Positions 28,812-37,975 of a DNA stretch of 64,000 nucleotides are shown here, piece by piece. A program made the position numbers and the translations under genes. The DNA is from an uncultured Planctomycetaceae bacterium (GTDB lineage: Bacteria > Planctomycetota > Planctomycetia > Isosphaerales > Isosphaeraceae). How positions within the stretch are numbered: position 1 is the stretch's first letter; every line of letters starts with the position of its first letter. Location of the stretch: NCBI GenBank assembly GCA_963833985.1, contig CAWIAD010000002.1, forward strand, positions 3,936,001 to 4,000,000, given 5' to 3'. Under the pieces are notes generated by a model that was given only the letters and a program-made list of their open reading frames with translations, was not told the DNA's origin and did not search any database.

Positions 28812-29560
28812 GGCTCAGGCTCCATGGCCAGATGGTCGGGGATCCGGGGCGGTCCGCAGGCTCGAAAGGTGCTGGCCAGTTGCCTCAGCCAGGAGATGGA
28901 CTTGCCGGCCGGGTCCAGCACCAGCAGGTTCATGCCGAACGACCCGGCCGCGCGCGAGACGTCCGCGGGCTCGGTGGCCGAAGCGGCCCGGATGCCGGCC
29001 AATCGGCATGCCCTCCAGACCGCAAGCGCCGTCTCCGAGGTGACGTACATGACCCCGCGACCTTTCCCCGTCAGCAGCCAGCTTCCTACAGATACCAGCG
29101 AAGACTCGATCTCGATCCAGGCCCGAGCGTCGTCGAGCAACGACCGCCGCAGCGCTTGCACTGTCCCGAGGATTTCCGCATCGCCGGCCATGGCGAAGGC
29201 CCACTCGCCAAGAGCCTGCAGCGACAGGTCTGCGGTTCCCCTGCGTACCATGATGCCGCGCTGCTTGAGCCAGTCGCGCGCCATCGGCGTGATGACGGCA
29301 GCCGGCACAAGCTGAATGCTCCGTGTTCCCGGTGGCAGCGCCTCGGCATGCCGGAGCGAAAAGAGCCGGTCGAGAACGACATGGCGGCCGGCATCTGGCC
29401 GCGATGCCGTGTCGCCTCTCTGCTCCAGCAGAACCTCTCGCACCGCCCAGGCAACCTGCCGCACCGGGTCCCGGGCGGCTGCCGCGTGTTCTCCCACGCT
29501 CAGCCACGGAGTGTCGGCTGCGGGAACGGAACCAGGTGCACGAACGGCGGCTTGTCCCAT
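28808..29560 (-). CDS. PV BMC hypothetical protein with degenerate RpiB-like C-terminal domain
   Basis: AVITP.ARDWLKQRGI motif, AC...GIRAA and GMNLLVLD; lies between two BMC-P genes. Confidence 0.7.
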   Translation of the reverse strand: MGQAAVRAPGSVPAADTPWLSVGEHAAAARDPVRQVAWAVREVLLEQRGDTASRPDAGRHVVLDRLFSLRHAEALPPGTRSIQLVPAAVITPMARDWLKQRGIMVRRGTADLSLQALGEWAFAMAGDAEILGTVQALRRSLLDDARAWIEIESSLVSVGSWLLTGKGRGVMYVTSETALAVWRACRLAGIRAASATEPADVSRAAGSFGMNLLVLDPAGKSISWLRQLASTFRACGPPRIPDHLAMEPEP

Positions 29561-29583
29561 CGAGCGAAGACCCACGTTTCGGT

Positions 29584-29852
29584 TCAGATTTCCCGTGCCT
29601 GACGATCGGGCAGCCCGAGGACGCTCCACCGGCCTGGTGTGGTCGGGCCGAGCAGTTCCTGGAGCGCGCGGCCATCGTTGGTGCAGACCACCCGGTCGCC
29701 CGCGCCGGCGCCAGACGGTCGAAGACCAGGACCGGTTCGCCGTCGGGCCGGCCAGCGGCGGTCTCGAGCTGCACCACGAGCAAGCGTTCCCCCTGAAAGG
29801 TGGGATGCTTGATGGTCGACGTCGCGGTACCAATCACGCGGCCAAGTTGCAT
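29584..29852 (-). CDS. BMC-P (EutN/CcmL) vertex shell protein, with frameshifts near 29710 and 29647
   Basis: MQLGRVIGTATSTIKHP..., then GDRVVCTNDG and PGRWSVLGLPD in shifted frames. Confidence 0.82.
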
Positions 29853-29900
29853 GTCAAAACCTCTGCAATCGCCGGTAGCAAGGCGTCGATGCCAGCCATT

Positions 29901-31326
29901 TCATAGAAACCTCAACCCATCGACGATGGCGGACCGGCGCTGGCGGCAGAAGGTGAGCGGCGTGGTCACGCCCTCACCGGTCGGGCCGGCGATGGAGAAC
30001 GAGGGAACGCCCTCTCCCCCGGCACCCAGGCCCGCGATGCAGGGGCCGTTGACCACGAAGATCGTGCAGTCCATGGCCTTTCCCATCCGCGCCATGACGG
30101 TCGTGTCGCGCGAGTGCAGGATCGCGGTATGACCGAAGTCGTGTTCGCTCTCCTTCGCCAGGGCGATTGCCCGGTCGACGTTCGACACGCGCACGAACGG
30201 CACGAACGGCATCATCTGCTCTTCCTGGACGAACGGATGTTCGAAGCCGGTCTCGCCGAAGAGCAGGTCAATGCCCGCGGGAAGCTTCACCCCGGCGGCC
30301 TCGGCCAGGAATGACGGGTCCTTGCCGATGAAGTCCTTGTTCACGTGCGCCTTGCCGTCGTTGCCGCTGGTGAACGCCGCTTTCGTCAGAGCTTCGATCT
30401 GGCTGGCGGAGAGCCGGTAGCCATGGTGGCGCGTCATCGCCTCGGTGAGCGAGTCGAACACCTCGGCCACGGCGAAGACCTGCTTCTCGCCGATGCAAAG
30501 CAGGTTGTTATCGAAGGACCCGCCCACAACGATGGACTTCGCCGCGTTCTCCAGGCAGGCCGTGCCGTCGACGACGACTGGCGGATTTCCAGGCCCGGCG
30601 ACGATCGCCCTGCGCTTGCTGGCCAGTGCCGCGCGTGCCACGGCCGGACCGCCCGTCACTACCAGCAGGCTGATGGCGGGATGGTCGAAAAGCTGCGCGG
30701 CGGTCTTGAGCGTGGGCGGGTCGATGATCGTCAGCAGGTTCTCCAGGCCGGTCTCCTGCTGGATTGCCTGGTTGAACCGGCGCACCCCCAGGGCGGCGAT
30801 ATTGCCCCCCGAGGGATGGGCGTTGAAGACAACCGTATTGCCGGCGGCCAGCATGTTGATGGCGTTGGCGGCGAGCGTCGGCAAGCTGTGGGTCACCGGC
30901 GTGATGGCGCCGATGACGCCGAAGGGGGCGTAGTCGGTGAGCGTGAGACCGTGGTCGCCGCTGGCGATGTCGGTTCGCAGGTAGTCGACGCCCGGGATCA
31001 GCGGGATCGTCTCCTTGAGCTTGGCGATCTTGTGATCGAGCCGGCCGATCTTCGTTTCCTCGAGCTCCGCCCGTCCGAGCTCGTCGGCCTGCTCCACGCA
31101 GAGCCGGCGGATGCACTCGACGGCCTTCTTGCGTTCGGAGAGCCCGCGGTGCCGGAATTGCTCGAAGGCCGCGCCGGCGGCCGCCACGGCGCCGTCCACC
31201 GTCGGGAAGACGCCCATGCTCCCCGTGCTGCGCGGGCGTCTTGCCATTGGCGGGCAGCGCTCCGTTGCCCATCTGGGAGAGGACCTGTTGAACGACGTTG
31301 CGGATCAAATCTTCAGTCATTTGCAT
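29901..31326 (-). CDS. CoA-acylating aldehyde dehydrogenase (EutE/PduP-like, PvmJ-like) with N-terminal encapsulation peptide, frameshift near 31222
   Basis: N-terminal MTEDLIRNVVQQVLSQM; PFGVIGAITPVT, TGGP, GPGNPP, FDNNLLCIGEK, GPTGEG. Confidence 0.92.
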
Positions 31327-31402
31327 GGCAAGCACCGTTGCGGATGGGGCCCTGTCGGGCTCGGGGTCTCGAGGCCTGCAATTCGCCGCTCTTGTGTGGG
31401 GT

Positions 31403-31720
31403 TCAAGAAAGATCGCGCGTGCTGAAGACAACCTTGCCGCCGACGTCCACGGTATCAACCAGGCCAATGACCACGGCGTCGATGGGGAGCTTCTCGGTTT
31501 CCGGGGTGAGCCGGGCGCTCGAGCCCTGGCAGATGAGGACCATCTCACCCAGCCCGGCTCCGAGCGTGTCGACGACCACGAAGGTCCGTCCTGTGGGGAC
31601 GAGCCGGTCCGCTCCCTCGTCGCCGACCTTGTAGGGTTCGACGGTCAGGAGCTTGTGTCCGGTCATCGAGGCGACCTTCTGGGTCGCCACCACGCTGCCA
31701 GTCACGCGCGCCAGGAACAT
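31403..31720 (-). CDS. BMC-P (EutN/CcmL) vertex shell protein
   Basis: MFLARVTGSVVATQK...VDTLGAG.GE.V..QGSSAR...PIDA.VIG.VD. Confidence 0.93.
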   Translation of the reverse strand: MFLARVTGSVVATQKVASMTGHKLLTVEPYKVGDEGADRLVPTGRTFVVVDTLGAGLGEMVLICQGSSARLTPETEKLPIDAVVIGLVDTVDVGGKVVFSTRDLS

Positions 31721-31798
31721 GGTGAGACATGTCCTCCGTTTACAACGACCAGGGACCGTCCCGCGAAGGTCCGTCTGAACATCAGGATGGTGTGGCCA

Positions 31799-33002
31799 TT
31801 ACTCCATTGAAGTCCTGCCCGATTCGAGCAGCGCTCGGGACTGCCGCGCCACCACGAGCTCCTCGTTGGTGGGGACGGTCCAGACCTGGACCCGCGAGCC
31901 GGCGGCAGACACCACCCGCTCGGCGGGGCCACTGGCATTGAGCGCAGGGTCCAGCGCGATGCCGAACCAATCGAGCGCGCGGCAGACCCCTGCGCAAATG
32001 CGCGCCGAGTTCTCGCCGATGCCGCCGGTGAAGGCGATCACATCGGCACCGTCCAGTTCGACGAGGAAGGCTCCCAGATAGTGACGGATCGAGCCGATGA
32101 AGATCTCGATGGCCAGCTCCGCGCACGCGTCGCCGGCTGCCTCGGCCGCCTCGATATCGCGGAGGTCGCGTGCGGAGCAGAGGCCTTCGAGTCCCGATCG
32201 GTTCGCCAGGATATCAAGAATCTCTTCCAGGCTCTTGCCGGTCTCGCGGAGCAGAACGGGCAGGGCAAAGACGTCGAAGTCGCCGACCCGGTTGTTGTGA
32301 GGCAGGCCGGACTGCGGGCTCATGCCCAGGCTGCACGCCACCGAGCGGCCGTTGCGAATGGCCGCCAGCGACGAGCTCCCACCCAGGTGGCAGGAGATGA
32401 TCCGGATCTCGGTGCGGCCTACGAGTTCGGGCACGCGCCAGGAGATGTAACGATGGCTGGCCCCGTGGAAACCCCAGCGGCGGATGCCCAGCTCCGTCGC
32501 CCAGGCTTCGGGGATGGCATAGCGCTGGTTGGATTCCGGGATTGTGCGGTGAAAGCCGGTCTCGAACGCGGCCACCAGTGGCAGCTCCGGAAACCGCTCG
32601 CGGAGCATCCGCATGGCCTTCGTGTAGGGCGGATTGTGCGCGGGTGCGACGTCGGCGAAGGCCTCCATCGCCGCCAGCACGTGGTCGTCAACTCGATGGA
32701 CGCCGGTCAGGTTGCGGGCGTGGACGGCCTTGAAGCCGATGGCCGCCACGTCGCTGGGGCTCGCCAGCACGCCGATCTCGGGATCGGTGAGCTGGTCGAG
32801 ACAGAGTTGCACTGCGTCGCCGTGGTCGCCGATGGGCCGGTCGAGCGAGCGCTCGCCGCGCACCGACTTGACGACGATGCGGGCCATCGGGCCGCCAATC
32901 CGCTCGATGGCCCCGCGCCAGCACCGGCTCGGCCGGGTCTCCCAGGTCGAAGAGCCGGTACTTGAAGCTGGTGGATCCCAGGTTGGCGACGAGCATCTTC
33001 AC
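31799..33002 (-). CDS. ackA: Acetate/propionate kinase, frameshift near 32910
   Basis: NLGSTSFK, APAHNP, FETGFH, GFHGASH, CHLGGSSS, FTGGIGEN, TNEE. Confidence 0.9.
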
Positions 33003-33286
33003 CGCGACGATCCTCCCAGGAAGACCTGGACGACGGCCGGGTCGGGGCGAGGGATGACGTGGGCGGCCCGCAACTCGCCGATGCGTGCCGCGGCCTCGGC
33101 GCCGGCTTCCACGGCGGCTCGAACACTGCTGACGTCGCCACGGACCATGACGCTGACGACACCGCCGTCGAGCTTCATGACCGAGCTCGCCAGCTCGACG
33201 GTGGCCGCCTTGAGCATGGCGTCGACCGCACCGATCAGGCCGATGAGTCCCATGGTCTCGATCAGGCCCAGCGCGTTACCGTTCAT
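32999..33286 (-). CDS. BMC-H shell protein (EutM/PduA-like)
   Basis: ALGLIET.G...DAMLKAA...[14 protein letters not shown]...HVIPRP. Confidence 0.93.
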   Translation of the reverse strand: MNGNALGLIETMGLIGLIGAVDAMLKAATVELASSVMKLDGGVVSVMVRGDVSSVRAAVEAGAEAAARIGELRAAHVIPRPDPAVVQVFLGGSSR

Positions 33287-33304
33287 GCGTGTTGCTCCCT
33301 TCGA

Positions 33305-33628
33305 TCAGCCCAGGAAGGTTGCCAGAACGGCCGCATCGGGACGGGGAATGACGTGGGCGCTGACAAGCTCGCCCACGCGGCTGGCCGCTTCGGCGCCGGC
33401 CTCGACCGCGGCGCGGACGCTGCCGACGTCGCCTCGTACCAGCGTGGTCACGAAGCCGCCACCAACCTGAACCCGTCCGCCCAGGTGCACATTGGCGGCC
33501 TTGAGCATCGCGTCGGTGGCCTCGATCATGCCCACCAGGCCCTTGGTCTCGATCAGTCCCAGCGCCTCGCCGGCGGTGCCGTTACGCAAGGAGTTCGTTC
33601 GCGAAACCGGTTTTTCAAGCGTCGCCAT
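33305..33628 (-). CDS. BMC-H shell protein (EutM/PduA-like)
   Basis: [10 protein letters not shown]...DAMLKAANV...[14 protein letters not shown]...HVIPRP. Confidence 0.93.
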   Translation of the reverse strand: MATLEKPVSRTNSLRNGTAGEALGLIETKGLVGMIEATDAMLKAANVHLGGRVQVGGGFVTTLVRGDVGSVRAAVEAGAEAASRVGELVSAHVIPRPDAAVLATFLG

Positions 33629-33632
33629 CGTC

Positions 33633-33977
33633 TCAGGCTCCGTCGTTCTTGGGGGTCTTGGAGGAAGAGGAAACCGCCTGGGCTGTCGCGGACCTGGTGA
33701 AGGCAAGCACGCCGGCCAGGTCTTCGTGCGGACGGGGGATGACCTGCACGCTCACCACCTCGCCGATGCGGCTGGCCGCGGCCGCGCCGGCGTCCACAGC
33801 CGCCTTCACCGCGGCGACGTCGCCGGCCACGAACGCCGTCACCAGGCCGCTGCCAATCTTGTCCCAGCCAACCAGCTCCACGTTGGCCGCCTTGAGCATC
33901 GCGTCGCTGGCTTCCACGAGCGCGACAAAGCCCTTCGTCTCGATCATTCCCAGTGCTTCAATTGCTGCTGAGGCCAC
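33633..33977 (-). CDS. BMC-H shell protein (EutM/PduA-like) with C-terminal extension
   Basis: [10 protein letters not shown]...DAMLKAANV...[17 protein letters not shown]...VIPRPH. Confidence 0.93.
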   Translation of the reverse strand: MASAAIEALGMIETKGFVALVEASDAMLKAANVELVGWDKIGSGLVTAFVAGDVAAVKAAVDAGAAAASRIGEVVSVQVIPRPHEDLAGVLAFTRSATAQAVSSSSKTPKNDGA

Positions 33978-34067
33978 GAGAGGCCCTCCTTCCGCGGGTT
34001 GAGGTCAATGGTCGTTGGTTCCGAGCATCGTCATGGTCACAATCCAGAATCTAGAATCAGAATCTGC

Positions 34068-34766
34068 TCATGCTTTCATCAAGGTTACGTTCGTCGCATG
34101 GGCGAGGTCGCAGGCGTTGGCCTCGTCGGTGTCGATGTGCACCTCCAGCTTCCAGTCGGGATGGGTTCGCACTAATAGCCCCTCAAGCGTGGAAGGGCAG
34201 GGGCTGTCCACCCGCATGTTCAGGCGGTCCAGGTGCTTGACGCCGTAGTGCGCGGCGTCCTTCGGCCCCATGTGGACATGCCGCTCGGCCCGGATCACCC
34301 CCTGCGGCAGCACCAGCGAGCCCTTCGGCCCGATGAGCAGGCAGCCGGGCGTCCCCTCGATGTCTCCGGAGAGACGTACCGGTGCGTCGATTCCCACGCT
34401 GATGGCGTCGGTGAAGGCCAGCTCCACCTGGCTGAACTTGCGGCAAGGGCCAAGGATCCGCACGCCTGGAATCATCCGCTGGCGGGTGCCGACCACGGCC
34501 ACGGTCTCGTTGGCCGCGAAATCGGTGTCCTGGTAGAGCCGGCGCATCGCGGTCAGCTCGTAGCCAGGGCCGAAGAGCGTGTCCACATCGGCCTGGGTGA
34601 GATGGCAATGCCGGGCCGAGATATTGACCACCAGCTTTGGCTGGCTGGCCTGGTGCCGTGCGCGGCTCTGGCCGTCGCCGTTGGACGACACCCCTGCGCC
34701 AATCTGATTGACAAGGATGGATCGGACCAGCGACTCGACGTGGTCACGGGTTGCCAGTGCGCTCAT
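34068..34766 (-). CDS. pduL: PduL-type phosphate acyltransferase with N-terminal encapsulation peptide
   Basis: SARHCHL, VRILGP.R, SQVEL..TD, R.SGD..GTPG, AERHVHM, HIDTDEANA. Confidence 0.93.
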   Translation of the reverse strand: MSALATRDHVESLVRSILVNQIGAGVSSNGDGQSRARHQASQPKLVVNISARHCHLTQADVDTLFGPGYELTAMRRLYQDTDFAANETVAVVGTRQRMIPGVRILGPCRKFSQVELAFTDAISVGIDAPVRLSGDIEGTPGCLLIGPKGSLVLPQGVIRAERHVHMGPKDAAHYGVKHLDRLNMRVDSPCPSTLEGLLVRTHPDWKLEVHIDTDEANACDLAHATNVTLMKA

Positions 34767-35599
34767 TCCTGGGTCCTCATGGTCGCGGTGCGTGGGGGCT
34801 CGGAGACGGAGTCGCCGTTCGAGTGCTCCGGCACGAGCAGAGGGGCGACATGGACCTGAAGGCCCACGGCCTCAAGCATGCCTCGGTCTTCAGCGCCGAG
34901 GCCGGGATCGGTCACCAGGCGCTGAACCTCATTCAAGGCGCAGAGCCGGGCCAGTGCCAGCCGGCCAAACTTCGTGGAGTCGGCGACGATGACCACTTCC
35001 TGTCCGCAGGCCATCATCTGGCGTTCGGTCTCAACCAGCAGCAGGTTCGAGTTGTAGACGCCGTCGGCCATGATGCCGCCGGCGCCAAGGATCGCCTTGC
35101 GCACCCGGATGCCCTGCATCGTCACGATGGCCAGGGGCCCGAGCGCCACGCCCGTGCGGGGATAGATGTAGCCGCCAATCAAGATCAGGTCCGTCTGCTG
35201 GCTCGAGGCCAGAAGCTGAGCAATCGGCAAACTGTTGGTGACCACCTGAAGCCGGCGTCCCGCCAGCGCACGGGCGACCTCCAGGGTCGTTGTGCCGCCG
35301 TCCAGCAAGACGGTGTCGCCGTCCTCGAGCAGCGCGGCCATCGCCCGGCCGATGGCCTGCTTTTGCAGCAGTGCCGTCTCCGCCCGGTCCTCGAGCGCCG
35401 GCATCGCGCGGACCTCGCCCGAGTAAACCGCCCCGCCATGCGTCCGCTTCACCGAACCGGCCAGGTCGAGGGCCTCCAGATCACGCCGGACCGTGCTCTC
35501 GGAAACGCGCAGCGTCCGCACCAGCTCGTCCAGGGTCGCAAAGCCCTGCCTGCTGACCAGCTCCAGAAGGCGTTGACGGCGCGTCTCAACGAGCATCAT
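34763..35599 (-). CDS. DeoR/GlpR-family transcriptional regulator heading the BMC operon
   Basis: VSESTVRRDL..L, RTHGGA, LDGGTT, VVTNS, ADSTKFG. Confidence 0.93.
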   Translation of the reverse strand: MMLVETRRQRLLELVSRQGFATLDELVRTLRVSESTVRRDLEALDLAGSVKRTHGGAVYSGEVRAMPALEDRAETALLQKQAIGRAMAALLEDGDTVLLDGGTTTLEVARALAGRRLQVVTNSLPIAQLLASSQQTDLILIGGYIYPRTGVALGPLAIVTMQGIRVRKAILGAGGIMADGVYNSNLLLVETERQMMACGQEVVIVADSTKFGRLALARLCALNEVQRLVTDPGLGAEDRGMLEAVGLQVHVAPLLVPEHSNGDSVSEPPRTATMRTQE

Positions 35600-35786
35600 C
35601 GGCTCATTCTTGGAAGATAACGGTCCTGGTTGCTCATTCCAGTTTCCACTATACGCCAGAAGCTGTCAACACTGTGAGAATTTTTGAAGGACTATGCGTG
35701 AAGATGACCGATTGGCGCCGATTTGCCTGAAACAGGAGATGGCTGGTACGATGAGCTGGTCCTTTTGCTTTGCCTGGAGTGTGAGG

Positions 35787-36653
35787 ATGCCAGAGCTTCC
35801 CGAGGTGGAAACGATGGTCCGGGGCCTACGGCCGGCCCTGGTCGGCCGGCTGATCGAGCGCATCGAGGTCCACGATCCCTACCTGATCCAGGGTTGCGGC
35901 GCCATCGAGTTCGAGAACCGCGGCCGGATGGTGCAGGTCGCCGAAGTCATCCGCCGCGGCAAGTGGGTTGGAATCACCCTCGCTGATTCCCGGGGGATGA
36001 TCGTCATCCAGCCGCGGATGACTGGAGGGTTTTGGCTCGTCGCCCCCCCCAGAGATGAGCATATTCGCCTCACATTCCGGTTGGCGAATCCGGATGCGTC
36101 GGTCTGGTATTGCGACACGCGGAGGCTGGGCAAGATTCACTGGTTCGACGGGCTCGAGCCGGCCGAGCTGGCGTTCGCCAGATCTCACGGGCCCGATGCG
36201 CTCGCGATCACGCTGGAGGAGCTCACGGCCCGGCTGCGGCGCACCCTGCGCGGCATCAAGCCGGCGCTCATGGACCAGAAGTTGCTTGCGGGGATTGGCA
36301 ATATCTACGCGGACGAGATCCTCTTCGCCGCGAGAATCCATCCTCAGCGCACGGCGAGCGGGCTGAGCCGCGCCGAGCTGGTCCGGCTGCATGCGGCGAT
36401 CGGCGAGACGCTCAGGACCGCGATCGTTGCGGAAGGCTCAAGCTTCGATGCTGGCTATCGGACCGTGCTCGGGCTGGAGGGCGGATTCCTCGCCCAGAAT
36501 GCCACCTACGGACGGGAGCAGAAACCCTGCCGCGCGTGCGGCCGCCCGATCGCGAGGATGAGGATGCCCGGGCTCATCGGCCGGTCCACCTACTACTGTC
36601 CGCGCTGTCAACCCTTGCGGCGCGGCAGGGCGAAGAAGACATCCGGCGGATGA
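35787..36653 (+). CDS. mutM: Formamidopyrimidine-DNA glycosylase
   Basis: N-terminal MPELPEVET, RRGK, GIGNIYADE, Zn finger CRAC...CPRCQ. Confidence 0.95.
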   Translation: MPELPEVETMVRGLRPALVGRLIERIEVHDPYLIQGCGAIEFENRGRMVQVAEVIRRGKWVGITLADSRGMIVIQPRMTGGFWLVAPPRDEHIRLTFRLANPDASVWYCDTRRLGKIHWFDGLEPAELAFARSHGPDALAITLEELTARLRRTLRGIKPALMDQKLLAGIGNIYADEILFAARIHPQRTASGLSRAELVRLHAAIGETLRTAIVAEGSSFDAGYRTVLGLEGGFLAQNATYGREQKPCRACGRPIARMRMPGLIGRSTYYCPRCQPLRRGRAKKTSGG

Positions 36654-36723
36654 ACCTCGCTGTGGCCGGGCATTCATCGTCCCGGGCGATGGCTCGGTCA
36701 GGGTCCGCGTTCTTCGCTCTGCC

Positions 36724-36936
36724 TCAGCGCGCTGGTCCACGCGACTTGTCGGCGTCGACAAGCCGGCGGACATGGTGCTCGGCCTTGAGCCAGTGATCCA
36801 TGTCGCGTCCCTGAGGCCGGCCTTCCTTCTCCCAGATATAATACGCGGCCGTTGCGATGTCTCGCTGTATCCCGTTCCACCGGGAGGGCTGTGCCGCGGG
36901 CTCGGTATTCCCAGCAGGCTTCTGATCCTTGCTCAT
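36724..36936 (-). CDS. DUF2934-family small protein
   Basis: IATAAYYIWEKEGRPQGRDMDHWLKAE. Confidence 0.85.
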   Translation of the reverse strand: MSKDQKPAGNTEPAAQPSRWNGIQRDIATAAYYIWEKEGRPQGRDMDHWLKAEHHVRRLVDADKSRGPAR

Positions 36937-37355
36937 TGCGGAACTCCCCGTGTTCAGACGTTGGATGACTCATGATGCATGGGCTGGCGTGCCGTTTTCA
37001 GCGCGCCCGTGATCGGGACCAGGTGGACCTGCGACGTGGCAGGCCCGCCATAGCTCGCCAGGCCCAGTCCCAACAAAAAAAGCCACCCACCCGTTACCCC
37101 TGGGTGCGTGGCCCTCTCGGCCTTCGTTCCGACCCACCGCCCATGAGTGGATCTGCCTGAATCGTACGGGTCCCGGCGGACGTGGTCAATCGGCACGGTT
37201 GCTGACTGCGTCTCGGGCCAGAGAATTCCGGGGTCCTGGGGAGAGTCGCGACGGCACTTGATTTGCAGATTCCTTGATGCGGCAGCCGCGCATCAGCGTT
37301 CCAAGGCTGTGCTGGCATACGGATGATCGCAAGCGTTTACCCACGGAGTCGCATC

Positions 37356-37889
37356 ATGGCAAACATCAAAGACCCCGAGAAGAAAGTGGATGTACCACCC
37401 CGCGGCAGTCGGAATCCTGATCCCATCACCGACGCGCCAGGATCGCACCCCGTGGAGACCGGGATCGGAGCCGCACTCGGCGGCGCTGCCACCGGCGCAG
37501 CGGTTGGCACGGTGGCCGGTCCGGTCGGCACGGCCATCGGCGCGGCCGCCGGGGCGGTTGCCGGCGGCTACGCGGGCAAGGGAGTGGGGGAACTCATTGA
37601 TCCAACCACCGAGGACAACTGGCTGCGCGAGAACTTCTCGTCCCGCCCCTATGCCAAGGAAGGGCGGACCTTCGAGACCTACCGGCCCGCCTATCGCTAC
37701 GGCGCAGAGGCCGAGTCGAAGCACCAGGGCCGCAACTTCGAGGACCTCGAGACTGACCTGGAACGGGACTGGCCCCAGAGCACGGAGCGGGGTTCGATGA
37801 ACTGGCGCGACGCTCGCGAGGCCGTGCGGGACGCATACCACCGCAGTTGCGAGATCCGCAAGAACCGCACCTCTGCCCAGCCACGGTAA
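37356..37889 (+). CDS. Hypothetical glycine-zipper protein
   Basis: HPVETGIGAALGGAATGAAVG..GPVG..., then YRPAYRYG and W..AREAVRDAY. Confidence 0.75.
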   Translation: MANIKDPEKKVDVPPRGSRNPDPITDAPGSHPVETGIGAALGGAATGAAVGTVAGPVGTAIGAAAGAVAGGYAGKGVGELIDPTTEDNWLRENFSSRPYAKEGRTFETYRPAYRYGAEAESKHQGRNFEDLETDLERDWPQSTERGSMNWRDAREAVRDAYHRSCEIRKNRTSAQPR

Positions 37890-37975
37890 AGGCCGTGTCG
37901 CCGATGGGAACCGAAGGCCGCGACGCGCACCGCCTGGTGGCTCACCGCCGCGTCGCGGCGTTCCCCGGTCTTTCA

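Noticed and set aside
34041..34066. AGAATC triple repeat between pduL and the first BMC-H gene
   Set aside because: Too short to tell from chance or local slippage
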